Of a stretch of 30,757 nt of DNA, positions 17,070 to 25,576 are shown piece by piece (the first letter of the stretch is position 1; each line of letters opens with the position of its first letter). Where the stretch lies: assembly GCA_018304175.1 (NCBI GenBank), contig JAGVWT010000016.1, positions 1 through 30,757 of the forward strand, read 5' to 3'. The position numbers were made by a program, and so were the translations under genes. Source of the DNA: Candidatus Pacearchaeota archaeon. Lineage in GTDB: Archaea > Nanobdellota > Nanobdellia > Pacearchaeales > GW2011-AR1. Below the pieces are notes generated by a model. It was given only the letters and a program-made list of their open reading frames with translations. It was not told the origin of the DNA and did no database searches.

Positions 17070-18686
17070 TTAATAATCATCACTGTAAGGCATGCCACCG
17101 CCAGAAATCTTACCGCCTTTACTTGAATTTCCAGAAGAGGCGATTACGTCATCAATTCTTAAAATCATTACTGCAACATCTGTCGCGGAATTTATTGCCT
17201 GGCTTTTTATTCTCATGGGCTCAACGATTCGCGACTCAAGAACGTTTTCAATTTTGTTTTTGAATAAATTCAGTCCTGCATTTTTTTCCCCCGAATCATG
17301 CCGTGATTTTAATTCAGTCAAAACATCAATTGGGTCGAGTCCTGCGTTTTCTGCGAGGGTTATCGGAATGAATTCTAGGGCAGATGCGAATTCTTCAACA
17401 GCTAATTGTTCCCTACCAAAAAGACCTTGTGAAAATTCTCTCAATCTTCTCGCAAGTTCAATTTCAACAGCGCCACCACCTGGAACAATCAGTCCATCTT
17501 TAAGAGAACATGAGACATCTCCTAATCCGTCTCTTATTGCTCTTTCAATTTCATCCATAACATGACTCGTTCCTCCATGAATAAGTATTGTCATTGCTTT
17601 CGGATTTTTGCAACCATTCACATAAGTCAAAACATCGTCGCCGTGTTTTATTTCTTCGACCATTTCTGCATTTCCAAGCTCATTCAAAGTTAATTCATTT
17701 AAGTTGCTTACAATTTTTCCGCCTGTCGCTTTTGAAATTTTTTCCATATCACTTCTTGAAACCCTCCTACATGTATAAATCCCACTTTTTGAAAGTAAAT
17801 ATTGAGAGAAGTCATCAACTCCCTTTTGACAAAAAACCACATTTGCTCCTGAGGATTTTATTTTTTCAATCATTCTCCTAGTTTCCATCTCTTCCTGCTC
17901 TAAAAAACTTCTTAATTGTTCAGGAGAAGAGATTGAAATTTTTGTGTCTATCTCAGGATTCCTTAACTCAACAGGGAAATCTAAAAGAGCAATTCGTGCA
18001 TTTCTTACTATAGAAGGCATGTCATGTGAAATTTTTTCCTTGTCGAAAACAATTCCCGAAATAATTTCCGTGTCGCCTATTCCGTCGCCTTTTGATTTTT
18101 CAATTTTCAAATTATTCAAATCTATTTTACCGTGGTCGTTGATTTGCCTTATTGCCTTTACAATTATTTCTGCAAATTTTTCTTTCGAACTCTCCGCGCC
18201 CTTTCCAGTCATTGCAGTCATCGCAATCTGCTTCAACAATTCATCATCTTCAGGGGTTATTTTTAAAGCAATTTCACGCAAAATTGCCTGAGCTTTTTCA
18301 GCTGCAATCCTATAACCTTTTGAAATAACTGTTGGGTGAATTTTTGAATCAAGAAGTTTTTCTGCATTTTCAAGAAGTTTTCCAGCAAGCATCACTGCAG
18401 TTGTTGTTCCGTCGCCGACTTCTGTCTCCTGAGTTTTTGCTATTTCGACCATCATCTTCGCGGCAGGATGCTCTATCTGCATTTCCTCGAGAATTGTCAC
18501 ACCATCATTTGTAACAATTATATCATTCGTAGGGGAGACGAGCATCTTGTCCATCCCCTTAGGGCCAAGAGTTGTCTTCACTATTTCTGCTACGGTCTTA
18601 GCAGCCAGAATGTTATTTCTTTGCGCATCTTTTCCCATCAATCTTTGAATATCTTCCGGCATTATAACTAATGGTTTGTCAGCCAT
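17070..18686 (-). CDS. thsA: Thermosome (group II chaperonin) subunit
   Basis: [38 protein letters not shown] and ILRIDDVI; Gly-rich tail. Confidence 0.96.
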   Translation of the reverse strand: MADKPLVIMPEDIQRLMGKDAQRNNILAAKTVAEIVKTTLGPKGMDKMLVSPTNDIIVTNDGVTILEEMQIEHPAAKMMVEIAKTQETEVGDGTTTAVMLAGKLLENAEKLLDSKIHPTVISKGYRIAAEKAQAILREIALKITPEDDELLKQIAMTAMTGKGAESSKEKFAEIIVKAIRQINDHGKIDLNNLKIEKSKGDGIGDTEIISGIVFDKEKISHDMPSIVRNARIALLDFPVELRNPEIDTKISISSPEQLRSFLEQEEMETRRMIEKIKSSGANVVFCQKGVDDFSQYLLSKSGIYTCRRVSRSDMEKISKATGGKIVSNLNELTLNELGNAEMVEEIKHGDDVLTYVNGCKNPKAMTILIHGGTSHVMDEIERAIRDGLGDVSCSLKDGLIVPGGGAVEIELARRLREFSQGLFGREQLAVEEFASALEFIPITLAENAGLDPIDVLTELKSRHDSGEKNAGLNLFKNKIENVLESRIVEPMRIKSQAINSATDVAVMILRIDDVIASSGNSSKGGKISGGGMPYSDDY

Positions 18687-18815
18687 GATATATCATTTTA
18701 TATGAAATTTTTAAAGATTGTTGTGGTAAAAACTGTAAAAATACTTTATAAATCACTACTCTAAAAAGATATTTAAATAAAGTTTGGTAAATAAATAAAA
18801 GAAACACTAGGTAAA

Positions 18816-19319
18816 ATGGCAGAAAAAGACACCGTGTATAGTAGCAAAATAAAATATTCAGGAGTATTTTCGTTCAAAGATTTCTACAAATTTTGCTATG
18901 AATGGCTGACTGAAGAAACTGGTTTAACAATCACTGAAAATAAATACTCTGAAAAAATTTCTGGAGACTCAAAATCCATAGAAATTAAATGGTCTGGAAC
19001 AAGAGAGATGACGGATTATTTTAAAATTGAAGCAGATGTTTCATTTATGGTTATGGGGCTTACAAAAGTTGAAGTAAATGAAAATGGAAAGAAAATTGAA
19101 ACAAACAAAGGAACTGTTCAATTGGGAATAAAAAGCTCGCTTGTTAGAGATTATAATGGTAAATTCGAGACGACTGCATTCAACAAATTTCTAAGAGGAG
19201 TTTATGAAAAATGGGTTATACCATCGAGAATAAATGAATTTCAAGGAAAAATTTCTTCGGATTCTGACGAATTTCTGGCGCAGGCAAAGGCTTATCTTGA
19301 TTTGGAGGGAAAAAGATAG
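18816..19319 (+). CDS. Conserved-looking hypothetical protein
   Basis: 167 aa soluble ORF divergent from the thermosome; no family assigned. Confidence 0.7.
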   Translation: MAEKDTVYSSKIKYSGVFSFKDFYKFCYEWLTEETGLTITENKYSEKISGDSKSIEIKWSGTREMTDYFKIEADVSFMVMGLTKVEVNENGKKIETNKGTVQLGIKSSLVRDYNGKFETTAFNKFLRGVYEKWVIPSRINEFQGKISSDSDEFLAQAKAYLDLEGKR

Positions 19320-19371
19320 ATAGCGATTGACAATAAAAACCTTTAAATATAAAATCTATTTTGATTCTATA

Positions 19372-20754
19372 ATGAAAAAAGAGATTTTGTTTGTATTAAT
19401 TTGTTTGTTCTTTATGCCTTATGTTTTAGCAATAAATGTTGCAGTTGAAAAAGTCAGTGCGAATGATGTTATTATAAATGGAGTAGATGACCCTGCTTTT
19501 TTTGAATTGAAGATAAAAAACATCGGCGCTTCTGACAATTTCCAATTCTATAATTTTTTGGGATTTAGTATGGCACCAAAAGGAACTGTCGCAATAGCAT
19601 CTGGAGAAACAAAAAATGTTCAGTTGATAGTTTATCCAAGAGAGGATTTGAAAGTCAACGGATTTTACACTTTCCAATATTTCATAAGGTCACAAAATGG
19701 GGATGAATCAACGCAGGAATTAACTATAAAAATGGTTGATTTAAAAGATGCATTTGAAGTTGGCTCTGGAGAAGTCAATCCTGAATCAAACTCAATTGAA
19801 ATTTACATTCACAACAAAGAAAATTTCAATTTTGAGCAAGTAAACGCTAGGTTCAGCTCTGCATTTTTTGATTTTGAAGAAACATTTTCTTTGAATTCTT
19901 TGGAAAGGAAAAATTTTGAGGTACAGCTTGACAAGGAAAATTTTAAAAAGCTTATGGCTGGTTTTTACACGCTTAATGTAGATGTTAAAGTAGAAAACGA
20001 AGAAGCCGATGTTGAAGGAATGATAAAATTTGTTGAGAAAGACATCCTGACAACAACAAAGGAAGATTACGGTTTTTTAATAAATACTCAAGTAATAGAA
20101 AAAACAAATGAAGGAAACCTAATCGCTGAAACTGAAACAGTTATAAAAAAGAACATTTTATCGAGGCTATTCACAACCCTAAGTCCAGAGCCGAGTTCCG
20201 TAGACAGGCATGGTTTGTCAGTTTATTACACGTGGAGCAACAAAATAAATCCTGGAGAAAAATTCTCTGTGACTGTAAGAACAAACTGGCTTTTCCCATT
20301 GCTGGTAATATTTTTCATAGTTGTTATAGTTGCATTAGCAAGACAATACTCCAGTACAAATGTTATCTTAAGTAAAAGAGTCTCCTTTGTTAAATCAAAA
20401 GGAGGAGAATTTGCATTGAAAGTTTCAATAGTATTAAAGGCTAAGAATAGTGTTGAGAGAGTTAATGTTATTGATAGATTGCCAAATCTTGTAAAAGTCT
20501 ACGAGAGATTCGGCGGAGAACATCCAAAAAGAGTAAATGAAAGTGCAAGAAGAATTGAATGGGAATTTGAGAATCTTCAGCAGGGAGAATCTAGAGTTTT
20601 GAGTTACATAATATATTCAAAGATAGGTGTTATAGGGAAGTTTGCACTTCCTTCAGCTACAGCAATTTATGAAAAAGATGGAAAGATTCAAGAAGCATAT
20701 TCAAATAGGGCATTTTTTATGACAGAACAAAGGAAAAAAGAGATTGAGGAGTAA
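19372..20754 (+). CDS. Cell-surface protein with beta-rich (Ig-like) repeats and an internal TM helix
   Basis: Signal peptide MKKEILFVLICLFFMPYVLA and TM WLFPLLVIFFIVVIVALA. The TATA at 19335-19349 supports the ATG at 19372. Confidence 0.75.
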   Translation: MKKEILFVLICLFFMPYVLAINVAVEKVSANDVIINGVDDPAFFELKIKNIGASDNFQFYNFLGFSMAPKGTVAIASGETKNVQLIVYPREDLKVNGFYTFQYFIRSQNGDESTQELTIKMVDLKDAFEVGSGEVNPESNSIEIYIHNKENFNFEQVNARFSSAFFDFEETFSLNSLERKNFEVQLDKENFKKLMAGFYTLNVDVKVENEEADVEGMIKFVEKDILTTTKEDYGFLINTQVIEKTNEGNLIAETETVIKKNILSRLFTTLSPEPSSVDRHGLSVYYTWSNKINPGEKFSVTVRTNWLFPLLVIFFIVVIVALARQYSSTNVILSKRVSFVKSKGGEFALKVSIVLKAKNSVERVNVIDRLPNLVKVYERFGGEHPKRVNESARRIEWEFENLQQGESRVLSYIIYSKIGVIGKFALPSATAIYEKDGKIQEAYSNRAFFMTEQRKKEIEE

Positions 20755-20835
20755 AATTTGCGTGTTTAATAAGTAATTTTTGTTTAAATTACCTATTTTT
20801 TGTGATTAAAAGATTTTACTCACTTTTGTATTAGA

Positions 20836-20960
20836 AAAACTCTCGTTCGTAAACTCACTCGAATTTAATATAATTGTTATTCTAAAATTGTGAATTAGTC
20901 GTAAGTTATTTTTTTGGATTTAAATGTTTTAATAAATATCTGAGCGCAGCGAAGCAATTG
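20836..20960 (+). repeat. Degenerate family A-like element
   Basis: CTCGTTCGTAAACTCACTCG (~20841-20860) and GAGCGCAGCGAAGCAATT (20942-20959) resemble the terminal motifs of copy 2. Confidence 0.4.
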
Positions 20961-21045
20961 TTTAATAAGTCACAACAATTGGAATTTCTCAAACAAATTT
21001 TTAAGAATAAGAACTTTTAAAAATAAATTATTCTCTATAATTTGA

Positions 21046-21189
21046 CTCCCCGTAGCTTAGTGGTTAAAGCGCTTGGCTGTAGGTTTTTCCTAAGGTTGAG
21101 ACTCTCTTTATGAACTCAGAGAACCGCGATGAAACCCCAAAAGTCAAGCAGTGCCCGAGAGATCCCAGGTTCAAATCCTGGCGGGGAGA
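21046..21189 (+). tRNA. tRNA-Tyr(GTA) with 71 nt intron (21083-21153)
   Basis: C1-G72 acceptor CTCCCCG/CGGGGAG, A73, anticodon stem CTTGG/CCGAG, BHB helix CTGT/GCAG with AGG and TGC bulges. Confidence 0.9.
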
Positions 21190-21302
21190 TTTTATATTAG
21201 AAAATTCTTAACGAACGCCAATATGTGTCATTCAAGGGAGATTTTTCAAAATATCTTTCAGAAATCAATAATACTTATATACAGTTTTCTTTTATTTAAA
21301 AG

Positions 21303-21878
21303 ATGGAAAGGGAAAGGGTAATTGAAATTTTTCTTGGATTAATCTTAATTGTTTTAATGTTTATTATGATATTATTAATAATCAGTATTTCTGAAGAAGA
21401 TGAAATTGGTGAAGCATCAACCACTACAATTTCAAATTCATACAATACACACACATATTACAACCAAGATGAATATGGTTATGAAAAAGATTATACAAAA
21501 ACTAAAGAAGCCCATCTAGATTATGGATATTATAAGAAGGATTATGGAGAATATGATTATCCGGATTACATTTCCGCCAAAAACTACAGAAAGTATGAAG
21601 GATTTTTTGGAAATGATATATATGAGTACACAGTTTATGTAAAAAATAAAGATTATGACGGGGGTTATTTCACTGTAAACTTTTACGTTACAGATTATTT
21701 CGGAAAAACAAATACAGAATCACTGACTTATTATATATACCCTAAAGAAGAAAAGAAATTTGTTTATAAAGATGTTTACACCGACGGGAAGAAGTACAAA
21801 TCCTGGAATTATAAGGTAATTCCAGAAACGAAAATTCAAAAGAGATATTATGATAAGAAAGCATATTATTTCGGCTAA
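21303..21878 (+). CDS. Membrane-anchored Tyr-rich hypothetical protein
   Basis: N-terminal TM helix, Tyr/Asp-rich middle, beta-rich C-terminus; TATA at 21270-21281. Confidence 0.7.
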   Translation: MERERVIEIFLGLILIVLMFIMILLIISISEEDEIGEASTTTISNSYNTHTYYNQDEYGYEKDYTKTKEAHLDYGYYKKDYGEYDYPDYISAKNYRKYEGFFGNDIYEYTVYVKNKDYDGGYFTVNFYVTDYFGKTNTESLTYYIYPKEEKKFVYKDVYTDGKKYKSWNYKVIPETKIQKRYYDKKAYYFG

Positions 21879-22004
21879 AATTTAATATACTCTTCCATAG
21901 AAGTATTTATAAATACCAATTTTATTACATAATTAATTAAAATAAACCGAGGACAAAACTTGATTTTTAGATTTTGCCTTTGGGAAATAAAAAAGAGGAA
22001 AAAA

Positions 22005-22085
22005 ATGAAGGAAGAACCTCTTGATCTTGAAGAAGAGGAAGAAGATGAATTTTTGGAAGAGCTAGACTTTCTTGACGAAGATTAA
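22005..22085 (+). CDS. Putative 26 aa acidic micro-protein
   Basis: MKEEPLDLEEEEEDEFLEELDFLDED. Purine-rich AAGAGG lies just upstream; the ORF ends 3 nt from the convergent protease stop. Confidence 0.4.
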   Translation: MKEEPLDLEEEEEDEFLEELDFLDED

Positions 22086-22088
22086 TTT

Positions 22089-23015
22089 TTATTTTTTTAT
22101 TTCTAGTTTTATTTCGTTATTATTTTTATCTAACTCATCAGAATCTGATTCTATTACGAGGCTTATTTCATTAACACTTATTTTTGCTACAAAAATATTA
22201 GTCAAAGTTGAAGAAATTCCATAACCAATGTCTAGGGAATCATACTCCAGCTTCTTTATTTCCTTGTCATCAGCATATATAATCAATGAAAATCCCTCTA
22301 TTTTTGCCAGTCCGTTATTTAATATAGTAAAGTTCAAATCTAAATACCTACCAATCATACTTGCAGATGAGTTTTCCAATACTAAATCCGGTAGTTCCTG
22401 GACTGAATAAATCTCATCTATGAAATCAATCATGTCATTTCCTATTTCCTGATTGCAATTACTTGTGTGATACATTATGTTCCCGGGGTTTTGTGAATGG
22501 TTAAAACCAAGCGCGTGAAATATTTCATGTAGTGCAACATTCGGCCTTGGGCATTTTGATTCTCTTAAGATTAGTATTTCACCCCGGAGTATGACATTAA
22601 AATTTTTCGTCTTTATTATTTTTGTCGGACCTCCTTCTCCTGCAATGAACAATCCTTCCTCAATCCTATTTTCAGAGTCGCATGTTGCATAAATATCTTC
22701 GTCTATTTCCGCAGGATAAAAATCCAAAACAGTCAAGTTAGATATTATTCTAAATGCATTCTCCAAGTCGTTCTTTTTCTGTAATGGACATTCGTAAATT
22801 CTGTAAGAAATTTCTTTTTTTGGATACCTCATATTCTCATAAAACTGCTTTACGCTTCCGTTTAAACTTGAGTTATCAAAAACATAACTGAAGTTACTAT
22901 CAAAAACCTCATTTTGAGAGAATTCTATCTCGTTGTAAGGAAGCATCCAATAAACAACAAGCAGCAAAATTACAATTACTGCAAAAATTCCGCTGAAAAT
23001 CGCACCCCAATTCAT
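22089..23015 (-). CDS. Membrane-anchored matrixin metalloprotease with C-terminal CARDB-like domain
   Basis: HEIFHALGFNH, Met-turn NIMY, LPDLVLEN start of the Ig-like domain and ELDKNNN. Confidence 0.88.
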   Translation of the reverse strand: MNWGAIFSGIFAVIVILLLVVYWMLPYNEIEFSQNEVFDSNFSYVFDNSSLNGSVKQFYENMRYPKKEISYRIYECPLQKKNDLENAFRIISNLTVLDFYPAEIDEDIYATCDSENRIEEGLFIAGEGGPTKIIKTKNFNVILRGEILILRESKCPRPNVALHEIFHALGFNHSQNPGNIMYHTSNCNQEIGNDMIDFIDEIYSVQELPDLVLENSSASMIGRYLDLNFTILNNGLAKIEGFSLIIYADDKEIKKLEYDSLDIGYGISSTLTNIFVAKISVNEISLVIESDSDELDKNNNEIKLEIKK

Positions 23016-23077
23016 AAAATTAGCTAGGTATATTGTTATATAAACCTGCTTATAAAAAAGAATTTTGCAATCTTTAT

Positions 23078-23096
23078 AAAAAGAAAAAAAGAAAAA
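23078..23096 (-). terminator. Oligo-T terminator-like tract for the tuf transcript
   Basis: TTTTTCTTTTTTTCTTTTT on the minus strand, 10 nt after the acidic ORF stop. Confidence 0.5.
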
Positions 23097-23106
23097 GTTT
23101 TGTTAA

Positions 23107-23256
23107 TTACAAGTCATCGTCGTCAGATGTGTCTTTGCCTTCAGTCTTTTCTTCATCTTCATCTGTCTCTTCTTCGTCATCCATTGATTCATCTTCTTTC
23201 ATTATTTTATCTTCTTTCATTATTTTATCTTCTTTCATTATTTTATCTTCTTTCAT
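23107..23256 (-). CDS. Putative 49 aa acidic repeat protein, in frame with tuf (absent from the ORF track)
   Basis: (MKEDKI)x3 MKEDES MDDEEETDEDEEKTEGKDTSDDDDL; followed by an oligo-T tract. Confidence 0.5.
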   Translation of the reverse strand: MKEDKIMKEDKIMKEDKIMKEDESMDDEEETDEDEEKTEGKDTSDDDDL

Positions 23257-23271
23257 TATTTTATCTTCTTT
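23191..23271. repeat. 18 bp tandem repeat, 4.5 copies
   Basis: ATCTTCTTTCATTATTTT x4 plus 9 nt, exact. Confidence 0.95.
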
Positions 23272-23295
23272 TAATTGGTAAAAATTTTGATAAAA

Positions 23296-24579
23296 TCATT
23301 TCTTTTTTACAATTTCGTTGCAAATACCTGCTGCAACTGTCTGCCCGGCGTCTCTTATAGAAAATCTTGACATGTAAGGATTGTCTTTTTGAGTTTCCAG
23401 AGCTAAGTTTCCTCTAGGCTGAATTCTTACTTTTGCAGCGTCGCCATTTTTAAGAAAATCTGGATGTTCTTTTATTGTTGCTCCTGTTCTTGGGTCTATC
23501 TGAGCAATTAATTCTGTAATCTGGCATGGAACTTGTGCTGTGTGAATGTGGAATACAGGAGTATAACCTTTAGCCAAAACAGTTGGGTGATTTATTACAG
23601 TTATTGTTGCGATAAATTCTTCAACGACAGGAACTGGCTTACCTGCGTCGCAGACAACATCACCACGCGCTATATCTTTTTTACCAACGCCACGGATGTT
23701 TATTCCAACATTGTCTCCAGCCAAAGCTTCATCCATTTGTTCATGATGCATTTCAATTGTCCTTAATTCTCCTTCAATACCTTTTCCAGTTCTACCAGGA
23801 AGAACAAGTACTTTGCTTCCTTTTTTCATAACTCCTGAAATTACTTTACCGACAGGCACTGTTCCTATTCCAGTAATTTCGTAAACGTCCTGGACAGGCA
23901 TTCTCATTGGGAGATTTGTAGGCAATTCAGGATCAGGGAACAAATCAAATTGTTCAAGAATTGTTGGTCCTTTGTACCAAGGAAGATTTTCTGATTTCTT
24001 TGCAATGTTGTCTCCTTTCAATCCTGAGCATGCAATGAACGGGGTTTTGTCTGGGCTGATACCAACTTGCTGAAGTAATTTTGAAACATCATCTTTTACT
24101 TTCTTGAATTTGTCTTCTCCAAAACCTACGGCATCCATTTTGTTTATTGCAACAGAGATATTTTTTACTCCTGCTGTTCTTAAAAGCCAAAGGTGTTCTA
24201 TTGTTTGTGGTTCAACTCCTGCAGGAGCAGAAATAACAAGGAATGCTGCGTCTGCCTGTGATGCCCCTGTGATCATGTTCTTAACGAAGTCTCTGTGTCC
24301 TGGAGCGTCAATAATTGTGATTTGAAATTTCTGGGTCATGATCTTTTTGTAAGAAAGGTCAATTGTAACTCCTCTTTCTCTTTCCTCTTTGATACTATCC
24401 ATAACATATGCAAATTCAAAACCAACTTTACCATGCTTTTGAGCTTCTGCTTTCAATTTTTCCATTTCCTGGCTGGAAACTGCACCGGTTTGAAACATTA
24501 ATTGCCCAACTATTGTTGACTTTCCAGCGTCGACGTGACCGACGAAAACAATATTCATATTTGGTTTTTCTTTAGCCAT
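23296..24579 (-). CDS. tuf: Elongation factor 1-alpha
   Basis: GHVDAGKST, ERERGVTID, DAPGHRDFVKNMITGASQAD, NKMD and RDAGQTVAAG. Confidence 0.97.
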   Translation of the reverse strand: MAKEKPNMNIVFVGHVDAGKSTIVGQLMFQTGAVSSQEMEKLKAEAQKHGKVGFEFAYVMDSIKEERERGVTIDLSYKKIMTQKFQITIIDAPGHRDFVKNMITGASQADAAFLVISAPAGVEPQTIEHLWLLRTAGVKNISVAINKMDAVGFGEDKFKKVKDDVSKLLQQVGISPDKTPFIACSGLKGDNIAKKSENLPWYKGPTILEQFDLFPDPELPTNLPMRMPVQDVYEITGIGTVPVGKVISGVMKKGSKVLVLPGRTGKGIEGELRTIEMHHEQMDEALAGDNVGINIRGVGKKDIARGDVVCDAGKPVPVVEEFIATITVINHPTVLAKGYTPVFHIHTAQVPCQITELIAQIDPRTGATIKEHPDFLKNGDAAKVRIQPRGNLALETQKDNPYMSRFSIRDAGQTVAAGICNEIVKKK

Positions 24580-24689
24580 TTTTGTGTTTTCCTTAATTTT
24601 GAAAATGGATTATGTGAAAAGTTTTCATTTCAGCTTATCCATGTAGATTGTTAATAAAAAAATAGATTTATAAATCTTTTGATAATTTT

Positions 24690-25178
24690 TTAATGAAATC
24701 TTTGGTTTAAAGACAACAGATAGTCTTTATGTTTTTTATTGACTGTTTCCAAAACCACTTCTTTATTTTTAAAACGACTACCAATAAAAGGAAGGTAAGA
24801 TTTAGCCAATGATTCAAGATATTTTTCTTTTTCTTTCATATGTCTTTCTATGAAAATTCTTCCATCATCTACAAAAACTGCCCTCGGTATTTGAATTGTG
24901 TGAAGAGGTCTATGACCAAGATAAGGAAGAATAACGCCGGGACAAGAACTTAAATTCCAATTCAAATTTCTTACTTTATTTAATGGAAATTCTATTTCCT
25001 GAAATTCCCTGAAATCTCTTGTTATTTTAAATAGTTCATAATTGTTAACTCCATCAAACAAAGTTCCTGCATCTTTTGGGATGTCTAAGTCTACAATTTT
25101 AATATGGTAGTTAAACCATTCCCAACTGTCACCGCGAGATGCTCCTTCCACAATTGCATTAAAATCTTCTATAAACAT
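24690..25178 (-). CDS. Hypothetical protein
   Basis: 162 aa ORF with its own upstream TATA (~25199-25210); no family recognised. Confidence 0.6.
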   Translation of the reverse strand: MFIEDFNAIVEGASRGDSWEWFNYHIKIVDLDIPKDAGTLFDGVNNYELFKITRDFREFQEIEFPLNKVRNLNWNLSSCPGVILPYLGHRPLHTIQIPRAVFVDDGRIFIERHMKEKEKYLESLAKSYLPFIGSRFKNKEVVLETVNKKHKDYLLSLNQRFH

Positions 25179-25225
25179 CTTAAAAATAGAAAAATTTGTT
25201 TTATAAAGATTATGATATTTGAAAA

Positions 25226-25531
25226 TCAGGTTCTTCTTTCTGTCCAGTAATCTATATCCAACTTTTCACTAATCAATCTATAAAATCTTACACTATCATA
25301 GTCAATATAAGACATTTTCAAGTGCTTTTTGTCTGAAACAACTTTTTCTTCTAAGTTTGCAAATACACATTTACAAGCTCCAAGAAAATTTTCTTTTGAT
25401 AACTCTTTTATATAAATTATATTATGAATCAATCCATCATGAGAAATATATCTGCGAGATTTAATTATCTCTAAAACATCTTTGAATTTTTCAGATTTGA
25501 AAAAATCGCAGACTTCAGATTCGATAGTCAT
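25226..25531 (-). CDS. Hypothetical protein
   Basis: 101 aa ORF with its own upstream TATA (~25553-25565); no family recognised. Confidence 0.55.
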   Translation of the reverse strand: MTIESEVCDFFKSEKFKDVLEIIKSRRYISHDGLIHNIIYIKELSKENFLGACKCVFANLEEKVVSDKKHLKMSYIDYDSVRFYRLISEKLDIDYWTERRT

Positions 25532-25576
25532 ATAATTCCTTATTCTCTAAATTATTTATAGATTTCTGTTTTAGAA

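Noticed and set aside
23191-23271. 18 bp repeats as a CRISPR array
   Set aside because: The units are directly tandem with no spacers, are too short, and no cas genes are present.
23296-23298. UGA recoding as selenocysteine or an alternative genetic code
   Set aside because: UGA is an ordinary stop for several genes here (sod, thermosome region neighbours such as the antitoxin), and no SECIS-like hairpin was seen.
23033-23360. Plus-strand ORFs of 82 and 86 aa
   Set aside because: Low-complexity antisense shadows of the tandem repeat; the minus-strand acidic reading is more plausible.
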